A stretch of DNA of 57,116 bases, counting the filler, from Jimgerdemannia flammicorona (lineage: Eukaryota), in assembly GCA_003990765.1 (NCBI GenBank). It is 3 parts of 3 records of this genome, joined end to end, with 100 filler letters (N's around TTAATTAATTAA, not from the genome) between each part and the next. Parts side by side here need not be neighbours in the genome. Positions count along the whole stretch, not along the records: positions 1 to 18,974 come from RBNJ01002059.1; 2 more parts are not named here. One strand, given 5' to 3'. Numbering within the stretch: the stretch's first letter is position 1; each line of letters starts with the position of its first letter. The notes below the pieces were generated by a model, which did no database searches, was not told where the DNA came from, and saw nothing but the letters and a program-made list of their open reading frames with translations. Position numbers and translations under genes: made by a program. Shown here piece by piece: positions 1 through 13,254 of this stretch.

Positions 1-231
1 TAGTATGACTAATTATATAAGTAGTAAAATATATAAATAACTAGATATGAGTAATTATACTATACTGATTATTTATGTCATCTGGCTATACTATATTATT
101 TACTTGTCACAATAAATGATAGTACTGTTATTTTATTGTAACTATATTCCAATTCTTCAGTTTTTATATTTGTTTCTATACTAATCTTAGTTAAACTACT
201 AAAGATTGAAAGATAGATATTGAGTCTTTAG

Positions 232-2217
232 TATAAGAGGGTTATTTGTTAGAGTAACTATTATATAGTTCTGGAAGGGGTTTCTGGAAGTTCTGGATAT
301 TCTGGAAGACTATTTTCTTAAGGTCAAGATCAATTTTATATAGAGTACATCCTCTTTACTTATTGATTTCAAGATCAGGTTGACATCTTAACCAAAGTCC
401 CTTTTTTGGACTAGTTCTGGATGTTCAGAATTTTTCATATTTCAGGAAGTTCAAGAAACTAAGAGCAGCTTAGTTGAATTGGCATATTGCTGCAGCCAAT
501 ACCCAATCAGGAAATTTTATGATAGGGTTAGGAGTGGGACCTAATGGAGAGTGAATTTACTTAAGAGTAGTTTGTGGGTTATTAAATAGATTTATTTGCT
601 ATTCATAATATTGCTATACTAAAAGTAGTTGTATGAAGGAATATTGTGGGGAAGCATTCAGAAGTATTCTTATTTGTTTGAGTCTGAGATTCTGAGATCT
701 GGAGAAGGGGGTATTTATACTAATAAGGGGCTATCTGGGCTATATTAAATATGGATGTAGTACTTAGTACCTTTGCTGAGTCAGAATGCAGTCACATAGT
801 ACAAGTGTGATCTGACATATCAAGAGACCATCTGACTGCTAAGTTATTTATAGATTTAGATGCCATCTGGGTAGTCCTCAATGATATCACTATCTATTAT
901 ATTATCTCTAACGAAGTAGTTATCTAGGAAGAGTTGTTTGTGGATTAACTCTCCTTGTTCACTGAGGTAATAATACATTGAGACTTCATCACCATCTCAC
1001 AGGATAGCATCATCTGTTTCATATACCAGGTAGGGTGTTGGTGGGTAAAGGAGGGATACATTATCTTTACCTTCATCAGATTTGCTATCTATATATCTCC
1101 TATAAGTTATAGCACTATGAGTTACTGAGTTATAGTGAGCTGGTGGCTGTGGTTCATATCATTTATACTCAGGTGGTGTAGTGGTTGGTTTGATCTCAAA
1201 GATTGTCTGATGGTATAGATTGTGTTCTCCAGTCTCTTCATTATGGTTGAAGTAATCAAAGATAAATGCAGATTGGTATTCATACCAATGGTCATTGTCC
1301 CAATAAGTTTCATAGGTGGTTATAAAATATTGTAAGTTCATTGGTAAGGTTGGCAGAGTCATCAGGGTTGGCAGGGATCCTTGGCTTGAGATCATGTTGA
1401 TATCTGAGAGATCATTGTCTTCTGCTTTGTCTTTATCAAATCAGATTATATTATAGATATCCTTCATAGTATATCTGACTTGGGGCATTTGTAGGATATA
1501 GTCATTGGGGTGTGGGAAGGTTCTGTCTGTGGTCTGAATGTACTTGAGATACTTGGGGTTGAGTTCTTATATTATATCATCTATTTGGCCATAGGACAGA
1601 GTAGCAACCATTTTAGTGATAGTGACTTAGAGGTGGGGGATTACTGTGCTATACTCATAGAAGGGTTCTCAATGTTTGTGGGTAATGAGTTTCTGGTGTT
1701 GAGACATCTGGATAATATCTATATCATAATAGTGTTCAACTATGTCTTCCAAGAGGCAGCCAATCTAATAGTAGCTTGAGATTTGTCTGATTTGATGGAC
1801 TTTGCTAAGCATGTTCAGAGCATTCTATTGGGCTTCTACAAAGTAGAGCAGTGCCAGACTATGGATATTCATGAGGGGCAGAGGGAGTGTGGCTTGGTTG
1901 ATAATGGCATTTCAAATATTAATATGAATATAGTTGTAGATCTCAGTGGTCATGTTTGTATATGTTTAAAAGTTGAGGTTGTTTGTTTGGTTTGTTTTGG
2001 TTCTCTGTTTTGACATGTTTCAATGCTTGGTATATATACATTTGGTCCTGATTGATAAGATTCTGTTTATGTGGATCTTGTGTCCCATAACTTTATATTG
2101 ACTCAGCTTTGTATACTGTGACTTTATATTGACTCAGCTTTATGATCTTGTATGTGATTTCTGGATTTGTTAAAAGATTGCATGTGATTTCTGTGGCTTA
2201 GAGGTTGTGTGCTTACA
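232..2217 (-). mobile_element. 3' LTR of Ty3/Gypsy element A (LTR family A, about 2.0 kb, decayed copy)
   Basis: Colinear with 38410-40451. Minus-strand termini TGTAAG...CTTATA (decayed CTTACA). Preceded on the minus strand by a polypurine tract. TATA-like GTATAAATACCCC at about 708-720. Confidence 0.9.
856..1953 (-). pseudogene. Decayed copy of the LTR-A U3 ORF
   Basis: ORF piece 1159..1395 (SSQGSLPTL...YETYWDNDHW...IKPTTTPPEYK) matches the 351-aa ORF at 39197..40252. Several stops look transition-derived. Confidence 0.85.
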
Positions 2218-2230
2218 ACTCTCCCCTTCT
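2218..2230 (-). promoter_or_regulatory. Polypurine tract of element A
   Basis: Minus strand reads AGAAGGGGAGAGT immediately before the LTR start TGTAAG. Confidence 0.8.
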
Positions 2231-2689
2231 TAGCTTTTGACATCCTCATCAGGGCCTTCTAATTTTGTTCTAGTATTATTATACTATTTAGGAGGTCAAA
2301 AGTCTAGTAAGGTCCAATTTTTCAGAAAGTGGCATGCTTGTAGTATAGTTGTCTAATATATTGGATTCATACATTAAAGAGTCATATATTCAATGCTGTG
2401 TGCTGGAAGTGATTCTGATGTCATTCACTACTGGAGAATTTCCTCTAAGGAATCTTCTTAAATGTCTGTACCTCATTTCCCACCAGTGATATGGGGTGAA
2501 TATGCTTGCTTTCAGTTTTGTTATTTTTCTAGATGATCAGTATTCTTTATCTAGACTTGCTGCATTCTTGATTTTATTCATAATAATTATAATGTTTAGG
2601 AGGATAATATATAGTGTGTTTCAATAGATATTGGATTTTCAGGTTCAGTTGTTCAAGGAATCATATTCCTGAACTAAGTCAGTAGCATT

Positions 2690-5600
2690 CTGGAGATTGG
2701 TCTTGGGTTCCCATATTGCATTATAGATTAGGTATCCTTTCCATTTGACAAGGTACTGAGGGTGGTTCTTGTGGCCATATTTATTGAAGATTTGTTCAAC
2801 ACTGTATTCTTCTTGATCATTGATAATGACAGATGCAAGTGGTTTTGTGGTTTGGTTTGGAAATAGCTTATTGTTATTTTATTATATTACTTGAGACATT
2901 GGACATTAAAGACTGGGTGAATTCTAATAGTGTCTGATAGTGCCAATTTGTAGGAAGTGGGAGAGACTTATATAATGACTTCAAATGGTCCATTAAACTT
3001 ACTGTTCAGCTTTGTAGATGGTCTGTATTTGAGGTTATCAACTTGGTATCCTTAGATGTCCAGTAGAACTTTTTCTCCAATGTCAAAAGTCTCTTCTTAG
3101 TAGTGTTGGTTGACATACTATGACTGTTGTTTCTGAGCTCATGATAAATTCTCAATTGCAATCTGACTTAGATTGCACATTTAGAGCAGAAATTCTTTAA
3201 CAGCTTCAACTGTAAAGAGTTCATCAGTAGTTCAGATAAGTGTCAGAGAGGTGTTTGGGTTTTGTCCAGTATTGGCAAGAAATGGGGTCATTCCAAGAGA
3301 GGCTTGCTTATTGTTTTTGTAAGTAAACTCAACTGTAGTGAGGTGATTATGCCAATCATCTTATCTCTAGGAAACATAGTTCCTTAGTATTTGTTCCAGA
3401 GTTCAGTTCATTCTTTTAGTTTGGCCATCTGTTTCAGGTTAAAAGGCTGTGAATAGTACAAGTTTTGTTCCAAGGTTCACATGGAGGGCTTTCTAAAAAT
3501 GGCTGGTAAATTTTGGATCTCAGTTACTAACAATGATCTTGGAAAGACCATGGTAGTAGAAGATATTGTCAAACAAGAGTGTAGCTATGTCTGGTGCTGT
3601 TGCAGTAATAGTAGTTGACACAATAGACTTGTTCACTGAGATAGTCTATGAAGACAATAATGACATCTTTCCCATTCTTGGTTTGGAGTAGTTATACAAT
3701 GAAGTCCATAGAGATTTGTTTCCAATTAGCAGATGGTACTGGAATAGAGTGGAGTAGGCCAGGTTTTACTAGTGTTGAGGACTTGTTCTATTGGTAGGCA
3801 TCACAAGAAGTAATGTAGGTTTTTAGCTGATCTGCTATGTGGGGCCAATAGAAGTTTCAGGAGATAACTTTATAGCATTTGTTAAATCCTAAATATCCAA
3901 CTGTAGGGGCATCATGATATTCAAATAGGATAGTACTTTGGAGGTCTTGGTTATTTGGAATATACAATCTGCCCTTATAGTAGATTATATTATCCTTCAG
4001 TTAGTATTGATGATATTGGGTATACTTATCAGCATAATTACTGTTTAGAATTTCTCAGAGTGCTTGAGCTTCTTTATCATCAGTGCATGCTGTGATGATT
4101 TGTTCCATGATAGAATTTGTAACCAAGGTGAGGGTTTGGATAACTTCTTTGATTAATGGTCTGGAGATTACATTAGCAACAATATTTTCCTGAATTTCAT
4201 AGTCAAAGTTAGTGAGTACTTTTATCTACCTGGCTTGCTTTCAGGAAAGAGTAGCTTGGGTCTTGATATTGACTAATGATTTGTGGTCAGTCAAAACAGT
4301 GAAGTGTGCTCCTTCAAGGTATGGCCACTATTTGATCAGAGTGTCTACAATGGCTAACATTTCCTTCTCATAGATTGCATAGTTAATTTCAGCATCATTG
4401 AACTTTCAAGAGTGATAGGCCACAGGGTGTCCTTCTTGCATGAGTACTACTCCAAGAGCTAGGTCAGAGGCATTGGTAGTAACTTTATATTTTAGGGCAG
4501 AGTTGGATGCTTGAAGTACTGGAGTAGTTATCAAGGTATCCTTTAGTGCTTAAAAGGTGGTATCTTGCTCAGGTCCACAATTTACAAGATTGTTGAAGTC
4601 TTTTTCTTATTTCATGATCCCAGGCTGTTCTTCTTTCTTGCTGTACTTGGTCATTTGAGTAAGGACAGTAGCAATCTTGGCAAAGTTAGCAACAAATCAT
4701 CTGTAATAGTTTGCTAATCCCAGGAATGACTGGAGGTCTTTCAGCTTCTTGGGTCTGGGCCAATTCTTAATTGCTGAGATTTTGCTGGGGTCCACTTTGA
4801 TTCCATTCAGTATGACAATGTGTCCAAGGAATTTGATTTCTTTCAGGAGAAATTCGCATTTGCTAAGTTTTGCAAAGAGTTGGTTTTCTCAGAGTTTCAG
4901 TAGTACTAGTTCAAGGTGTTCAAGATGTTTCTCCAGAGTTCTGCTAAAGACTAGAATGTCATTGATATAGACAATAATAAATTTGTTCAGGTATAGATGC
5001 AGGATAGTATTCATCAGAGTCTGGAAGATTGCTGGAGCATTAGTTAAGCCAAAAGGCATAACTAGGAACTCAAAGTGTCCATAGCAAGTTTGGAAGACTG
5101 TTTTGTAGATGTTTTCTTCTTTCATGTCAATTTTCCAGTAACCATTCCACAAGTCAAAAGAGCTTATGAATTGTGAGTTGGTGAGCCTATTGAATATTTC
5201 ATCAATTCTGGATAGTGGGCAACAGTTCTTGATAGTCTGTTTATTGAGATCACAGTAATCAATATATATTTACAGATCTCTTCCTTTCTTTACAACAAAG
5301 AGGACTAGTACACTGTAAGGTGATATACTGGATCTGATGAATCCTTATTCTAGGAGTTCATTAATTTCTTTCTTAAGTACATCAATTTCTCTCAGAGATA
5401 TGTGGTAGATTGACTTGAAAGCTGGCTTGGCAACTGAAATGGTCTTGATAGCATGGTCTATAGCTCATTTAGAAGGTACACCTTTTGGGAGTTTTTTCAG
5501 AAATATGTTTTGGAATTTCTAGAGTAGGGGTCTAATATGGCTGTCAACTTTGGAAAAATCTTCTTCAGAGTTATCAGTTTCCCCTTTGGATGGGCAGATG

Positions 5601-5811
5601 GAGATGGCAAAGAGAGGATATTTCTTGGCCAATTTCTTAAGCTATAGCTTGTTGATATGGGTGATCTTTGGTCCAGAGTTATTAGAGCTGAGTGGGTCCT
5701 TTTTGCCTTATAGTTTGAAGTTGTGACATCCTTTCTTAATGGTCAGAGAATGGTTTATCCAATTGATCATGGGGTTCTCTTGTTTCAACCATGGAGTTCC
5801 AAGGATGATTT
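2690..5811 (-). pseudogene. pol: Ty3/Gypsy pol relic (end of PR, RT, RNase H, integrase, chromodomain); chromovirus-like
   Basis: RT motifs FEFLVMPFGLTNAP and VYINDILVFS (4889..5152). RNase H ASDLALG (about 4470). Integrase region with GQTKRMN (about 3410). Chromodomain EEYSVEQIF...YLVKWKGY...AIWEP at about 2705-2815. Confidence 0.92.
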
Positions 5812-5857
<46 letters not shown>

Positions 5858-6145
5858 TTTTTTTTTTCCTCTATAGGCTGGAGCCCCATTTATTAACTAT
5901 CTAAAATCCTCATGCCATACCAGCAGCCACATTCTGCATCTCACCCCACCCTACTCTCACACTACAATTTCCAAACCAATAACAATCTAAGCACCTTTAG
6001 GATGTGAGTTGCAACCTCACTGCCTGAGTAACTAGATCCTCCTACCCAGCCTGCCCCACCCAAGAGTGGGTATGGGTTATGAGCCCCAACCACCTCAAGT
6101 ACTTGGCATCTAGTATACCTGGCCTACCCCTATTAGTGCCTCCCC
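5812..6145 (-). mobile_element. 5'-truncated LINE 3' end with poly(A) tail, interrupting element A
   Basis: About 55-nt poly-T on the plus strand. AATAAA about 20 nt before the tail on the minus strand. Decayed LLVWKL(W)CE motif resembles the L1-type ORF2 C-terminus. Confidence 0.6.
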
Positions 6146-7320
6146 ATCTTGCCCATCTTGCCCGTCTTGCCCGGTTGCCCGGTTGCCCATGTCATTTTTC
6201 CCATTTTGCCTGTCTTGCCCATGTCACCTGTCTTGCCATCTTGCCCATCTTGCCCATCTTGCCCATGTTACCCGCATCTTGCCCATGTCGTTTTGCCCGT
6301 TTTGCCCGTCTTGCCCATGTCGCCTGACTTGCTATCTTGCCCATCTTGCCTGTCATACCCGTGTTATCTGCCTTACCCGTCTTGCCCGTCTTGCCCATCT
6401 TACCTGTCGTTTTGCCCGTTTTGCCCATCTTGCCCATGTCGCCCATCTTGTCTTGCCCGTGTTGCCCATCTTGCCTGTTTTGCCAGTCTTACCCGTGTTG
6501 TTTTGCCCATTTTGCCTGTCTTACCCATGTCGCCCATCTTGCCGTCTTGCCCGTGTTGCCCATCTTGCCCGTTTTGCCCATTATGCCCATCTTGCCCATT
6601 ATGCCCATCTTGCTCATTTTGCCCGTCTTGCCCATCTTGCCTGTTTTGCCCGTCTTGCCCATTTTGCCCATTTTGCCCATCTTGCCCGTGTCGTTTTGCC
6701 CATTTTACCCATCTTGCCCATGTCACCCGTCTTGCCATCTTGCGCGTCTTGCCCGTCTTGCCCATGTTACCTGTCTTGCCCGTCTTGCCCGTCTTGCCCG
6801 TCTTGCCCGTCTTGCCCATCTTGCCTGTCGTTTTGCCTGTTTTGCCCATCTTGCCCATGTCGCCCATCTTGTCTTGCCCATGTTGCCCATCTTGTCTGCT
6901 TTGCCGGTCTTGCCCTGTCATTTTGCCTGTTTTGCCCGTCTTGCCCATGTCGCCTGTCTTGCCGTCTTGCCCATGTTGCCCATCTTGCCTGTTTTGCCAG
7001 TCTTGCCCATGTCATTTTGCCCGTTTTGCCCATGTTGCCCATGTCACCCATCTTGCCCATGTTGCCTGTCTTGCCGTCTTGCCTGTGTTGCCCATCTTGC
7101 CCATTTTGCCCGTTTTGCCCATCTTGCCTGTCTTGCCCATCTTGCCCGTCTTGCCCATCTTGCCCATCTTGCCTGTGTCATTTTGCCGGTTTTGCCCATC
7201 TTGCCCATATCGCCCATCTTGCTGTCTTGCCCATCTTGCCCGTCTTGCCTGTGTTGTCCGTGTTACCCATGTTGCCCATCTTGCCCATCTTGCCTGTGTC
7301 ATTTTGCCCGTCTTGCCCCG
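6142..7320. repeat. Tandem array of a 9-bp unit (C/T/G)TTGCCC(A/G)T with higher-order variants, about 1.18 kb
   Basis: Directly visible repeats cttgcccat, cttgcccgt, tttgcccgt, gttgcccat, interspersed with gtcgcccat and gtcgtt variants. Confidence 0.97.
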
Positions 7321-7529
7321 AAATTCTTGAAATCCTTGTAACTTGCTGAAACTAGAAGCTATGGCTATGCCGAAAAGACCAGGCGGGACTCCTATACCTA
7401 AGGGATGAGGTACACCTGTCAGCACTCCTTGGAGCCTATATTTGTGGCCTCCAAAACTTGAGAAGCTCACCATCCTGGTGGCTTAGATGCGGAGCCAACT
7501 GTTTGGTCCGAGTGAAAGGTCCTGCTGAT

Positions 7530-9555
7530 AGCAATCATTGATGTGCTCCATACAGTACATCTTGATCCTGTGAGGACAGACTCCTTGTAGTGCATAACCT
7601 TTTGCAATCTTCCTGCACCATTCTTCTTTGCTCATCCATCCTACTTTCTTTTTCGGAATAGTTACCATATAAGCTTCCTCTTGCTCACTCTCTTCTTCCT
7701 CCATGTCAGACAAGACTCCTTTGTTGACATTGATGGGAATTTGTATCTTCTGTCCCCAATAGGTGATTTGCATCTTCTGAGCATTAAGGTCGATTACTGC
7801 TCTAGCTTTGTGAAGCCATTGATTGCTGATGAGGATGTCATAGTTTGTGGCATTGGTTACAATTATGTCTACAGGGATAGTTACTCCTCCAATCTTGATG
7901 GGGACATCTTGGATCTTTCTTAGAGGAGTGGCTCTTGTGCTATCTACTGTAACAAACACCAACTTGGTTACTTCTTCAACCTCCCAACCTAGGTGGTCTG
8001 CTGCCTTCTTGCTGAGAAGACATCCTCCTGCTCTAGTATTGATGATGGCTTCAAAGATTCTATTCTCGATCTGGTATGTCACATAGCAGAGGTTTTGCGA
8101 TTGTCTTCACTTTCTTCTCCTGAGTCTTCTTGAACATTATTGGCCTCAGTTATCTTCCATTCTTACTCCTTGGTTGTTTTAGTGAGTTCAAACCTCATTT
8201 GCTATCTGAATGTTGGGATTTCTGCAAGCTGATCAAAAGTTGCATTGACCTTTTGTTGGCTAAGGTCCTTGAAGATATCATACTTGAAAGTCTTGATCTT
8301 GCAAAGTTTCTTTTCCTTTTCCCCTTCACTGGCTGGAGTGGTTCCTCAGATAATATCTTGAACTGCTTGCTTCAGCTCCATATCTTGGTCTATGTCCTCT
8401 ACTTGGCTTTCTGTAGTAGTTTCATCTGCTTTTCCACTGGGTTCTTCTTGGGTCTTCCCGGCAGTCTCTTGTAGAGCTCTTTGTGAACATCCTTCTTAGA
8501 AGTCTGAGCAGGATAGGCCTCTCATTCTTCTTTATCAGAATCTCCAATTTCTTCAAAGGTAATTGTGTTGGCCTGCTCCTTGTTTCTAGTAGCATTACTT
8601 AGCTGGGCCTTGTGCTTGGTTTCACTCATGCATTCGTAGGAGTAGTGGCCTTCTTCTCCACAGGTGTAGCAGGTATCTTTCTTCTTGTCTGAGGTGGCAG
8701 CAAACTTCTGGACAGAGTGGCAGTCTCTTCCTCTGATTTCTTTTACCACATCTCTCAGGTGGACAGTCATTTCTGCAAACCTCTTGATGAGTTTCTCCAA
8801 AGGGTTACTGTTCTTTTACTGCTCTGTAGCTTTGGGCTGAGGTGTATTTCAATTGATCATTGTGGTAGGGATCATGCTGGTTGCCTTAGGTGCTTCAATT
8901 CTGACTTCTGTAATTCTCTCCATTGTATTGTCTTGTGGGTATCTAGCTATCCAGTATCGCTGAGCATAAGTGACCTTTTGTGGCAGATCTAGAATCACTG
9001 GTGATGAGTGGATGGCATAGCTATCTCTGGGTGGACTCCTTTCATAAAGGTTGCTTCAGCTACTTGGTCTTGGATAACATCAGCATAATCTGCAAGGATT
9101 ATCTGATATCAGATTCTTGTGTATAATATGTTTAGATCTTTGCTCATTCCTTGGTATATTGTATTGAGCTGGTCCTTTAGAGCTTGCTTGATCTCATCTA
9201 TGTAGTAGGTAGTTCAAAGCCAGGTCTTCTGTGCTATCAGTATAGCATCGGCATCATTTTCCACATAGTTTACAGCTGTGAATACTGCTCTTGCAGGGCC
9301 TTGTAGGCTAAAGAGCATAAGGGCTACTTGCTATATTGCTGTCAGGGTCCTTACAGCGGCATACTGCTCGAAATCATCAATGAAGGTGATGATAGATTCA
9401 TCTGAGGTATATCCGTGGAATACTGGTGGTCTCATATCCATCTTATCTGGGTATTGGGGCTTAGTTTATATGGTTGTTTGGGTAGTGGCAGTTGTTCATT
9501 GTTCAGCTTGAAAGTGAGGAATTCATCTTAAATCACCAGCCAATGGGCACCAAGT
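7530..9555 (-). mobile_element. gag: Ty3/Gypsy element E, truncated (gag with CCHC knuckle plus aspartic protease)
   Basis: CYTCGEEGHYSYEC (8522..8800). Protease AII(D/N)TRAGG...DILISNQWL (7483..8082). Colinear with gag-PR of element D. Possible PBS TGGTGCCCATTGG next to the LTR at about 9540-9552. Confidence 0.9.
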
Positions 9556-10041
9556 TGTAACATAGTGGACACTTACTCTTGAAAGTATGTCAGATTTCTA
9601 TATCTTGAAAACTTGACTGTTCTGACTCTTGCAGAGTCCTTTGAGTTGCAGGGAAGGGGGGTGAGTTCAAAGTATATCTGCCCACAGGCTTACTAATTCC
9701 TTTGCTATCTCTTTGCTTTTGAAATATTTCAATCTGAGGCTTTATTCACTCTAAGATACTAGGTTATTTATACAAGTTTTGCTAGCTATAAGATGGCTAA
9801 GTTATGACTATGTTTCCTATGAGTCATTTCTTTCACAAGTGTTAAATCCTTGACATCTATTAAATCTTTGACAATCATCAAAGAGTTTAATATCTGTGAA
9901 TAGTTTAACATTTGTAAAAACTTTAACATTTGTGAAATAACTGCTATCTGGACTATACTATATTTGGGAATTGGATTCAGGTACCATGATCAAATATCTT
10001 ATTTCTCTAATTCATGTTACTAATTCAGATCAACTGTTATA
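9556..10041 (-). mobile_element. 5' LTR of element E (about 485 bp, no ORF)
   Basis: Plus strand TGTAACA...CTGTTATA. Its U5 end resembles that of LTR-B. Minus-strand TATA (about 9765-9775) and AATAAA (about 9740). Short tttaacatttgtga-type repeats in U3. Confidence 0.7.
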
Positions 10042-11736
10042 ATACTTAAGAAAGGAGATAACAGAGCTCATATTTGAAGAAACCAGACCAAGAAATTAAA
10101 GAAAAAGACTCTTATTATTTATGATCTAAGAAATTATATCCTAGCTCTCATCAGATATAAAATCTATCAAAGATGGATAGAGGGTGCTATTAATTTTATA
10201 AAAGTTCTCAATCTTATAGAAAAAAGAGAAATCAATTATCTCTGAGATCTTTCCATAGAAGTCAGATAGCTGTATCTCAACCTTAGAGTATAGAGACTTA
10301 TATCTACTAAAGTCTTAGCCTAAGGATAACTCAAACTTAGTGAAGATATTACTCAGTATGCTTTATTATATTTCAAGGTCAAATCTCTAACAAAAGCTCA
10401 CTAGAAAGATATAGAATATAACTTTCACAGCCTTAAAAATGAATCTATCAAGTTTGAAAGAACAATAGTACTTAGTATAGAACTAGCTATATAGTTATCT
10501 AAAGAAACTTATATTTAATTAACTTCAAGGTCTGGACTTACTAGATAAGAAATAATTATAGAAGAAAAAAAAATAAATATAAATATATATATAAGTAAAA
10601 TTAGAGTCATTCTGAATAATAGCAATATATATAGAATAGAATCAAATCTATAAAGGATAAAAGATTGCACAAGCAATCTTCATAAAGATCAAGACTCTCT
10701 AACTATAAGAAGTCTCCAAACTAACTTAAGATATAAGACAAACTAAAGAATTTAGAAGCTCAGATAAGAAAGAAGTACACCTCCTCTAGATTAACTATTT
10801 TAAGAAAGATACTTCTTAATAAGTATACTATCAATATTTCAAGCTATACAAGAACCTTATCCTGGAACAAGGAGAGCAGACCATCTTCAAAATATTTACA
10901 CTATCTGATCTCAGAAATCTCTTCTTTAAATCTAATAAGGACCTTAAGAACCTAGATATTAAAGGATATATATTTCTTAACAAGAGCACTCTTGAGCAAC
11001 CAATCAAGACAAAGATAGTCTTATTTTATCAAAAAGAACTATCATAGGCTATCTGGTACTCTACCTTAATTAGATATATAGAGAAGTTTATAAACTAAAT
11101 TTATCAGGAAATAGTAAAATATCTTAAAAGAAAGAAAAGGCCTTTCTGAGACTTAGGAGAAACTAAAGTCTTCTACTAATATTAGAGAAGAATTAATACT
11201 TCAGCAATAGTAGCAACTCATAGAACTTCTGTATAAATATCAGGATATCTTTACTATAAAATATAATAATCTACTATATAACTCATCATACTATTATAGC
11301 ATAAATCAGGAAATATAACACCTATTAGATAGAAGTCTTATAGAATATCCCATTATCTAAAGATATTCAAGAAGGAGCATATTTAGAAACTCTTAGACAA
11401 TAGAGTTATCTGACCCTCCACTAGCCCCTGGACTAGCTCTATACTTATTATATCTAAGAAAAGAGAAACAAGTCTCTGTATAGATTATAGAAAGCTCAAC
11501 TCAGTGACAAAAAAGATGTCTCTTTCTTATCTAGAATTGATGATCTCCTAGACCAACTATAAGATATCAGAACTTCAGCAGTATGGGTCTTTTTATAAAA
11601 TTCTATAAAATTCTCATAGATTCTAAGGATATTTAAAAAACAGTCTTTTTTATATTAGAAAAATTGTTTGAATACCTCTAAATATACTTTAGATTCTACA
11701 ATATACCCTCAATCTTCTAGAGAATAATGAACTCTA
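10042..11736 (+). pseudogene. Highly decayed Ty3/Gypsy relic including the RT N-terminal half
   Basis: 11330-11730 translates to PSTSPWTSSILIISKK...LCIDYRKLNSVTKK...RIDDLLDQL and ends in a decayed NAPSIFQRIMN, where element F inserts. Confidence 0.75.
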
Positions 11737-13254
11737 TAATAATTTCACAGTTATATCTTAGTTTTAGTACTTTTTTCTAGTCTTTTCTTATCTTTTCCTG
11801 AATATTCTACTATGTTCCAGCATCTTCTGAATGCTTAGAAATCTTCTCTTAGTACTAAGATATTACTGGAACATTCTTGTCTTTTCTTAGTACTAAGTAT
11901 CTTATCTTAGCTAGTTATAGAACCTTTTAAAACATTATAGAATTCTATTAGTCATCTTTATCAAGAACCTATTTCTTAGCTTTTCTTTTCTTTTCTAAGA
12001 TTCTTCTAGATCTTTCTTTCAGATCTTATATAACTATTATTATTCTCTACTTGAATAAAGCTCAGAATATTTTCTCTTGGAATTTCTTCAAGAATACTTA
12101 AATCTATAAGTATCTCTTTGAGCTACTTTAGACCTATCAGAATTATCAAAACTTAGCTACTTTCTCTTAAAGAACCTAGAATCATTATACTTGATAGTAG
12201 TAGTGTTGTTATATCTTACCTTATTAAGAAATTTTACACAAATTCAGAAACTAGTCACAATGAGTCATATATATTCAAATAAGTTATAGAGAGCCAATCT
12301 ACTATCTAGATCCCTCTGCTATAAAAGAAGCAGATGGTACAGAACTACAAGTCAACCTGGAGAATATGATTACCACTATAGCCCATCAGATCTGACAACT
12401 TTAAGCACAACTAGAATATCAGAAAACATAAACTACAACTATATTATATTCTGCTACTATACTAGTTAGCTTTAAGCTACTCAAGCTAGATATCTTTAAT
12501 AGTCACTGAGAAAGACTGACTACAGATGTAAGAATCTTTTAGTTGGATCAATATTTTGAACTTATATGAATGAAAGAAGACATGCAAGTTTAATTTTCCA
12601 CCACACTCCTCTCAGAGAATATAGCTATTTGATAATATAATTATATTATAACCACTACTTTCTATTTGAATACAAGAATTCAAGATTAAAAATTCTTCAA
12701 GAAGGCCCTTCACTAGCAGTTCAAATCTGCTAACACTACTAAGCTAGTCTGAGATAAACTAGCAAACATTAAGTAACTCAAGTCTGTATAAAGTTATAAT
12801 ATATAATTCCTATCAATTCTACTTAAACTACTAGTAATAGCTAAAGATGAAAAGATAGACCACTATGTCTAAGGCCTGAAAGGAAATATATAAGTTAAGG
12901 TTGATCTAGAAGAACCATAGACTCTCAATAAAGCCATGAGAATTGCTGATAGATTTTATGTTATTATCTTTAGCAATTACTTCAAACCAGAATACTGTAA
13001 GAAGAACTACTTCAAGAACTATTACAAGAATCAATCTAAGGCAGTTGACCCAGTTCCAATAAGCTCAGATACTATAAACAAGAAGAATACTAAGCTTACT
13101 CTTAAAGAGAAAGATTATCTGAAGAAATCTAGAATTTATTTTTTCTATTATCAAACAGGATACATTGCAATCAAATATCCTAAAAAGATCAGTGAACTAT
13201 CAAGACCAGTCACTGTATTATCCAAAGATACATCTGTCAACCCCACTATTAGTC

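Noticed and set aside
6079..7473. Long Pro/Cys/Leu-rich or collagen-like ORFs in many frames
   Set aside because: By-products of a stop-free 9-bp repeat. Frames switch at indels and there is no credible gene context.
7337..7529. Possible mini solo LTR (TGTAAC...CTGATA) or hammerhead ribozyme
   Set aside because: No TSD, PBS or PPT, and no complete CUGAUGA/GAAA core with stems.
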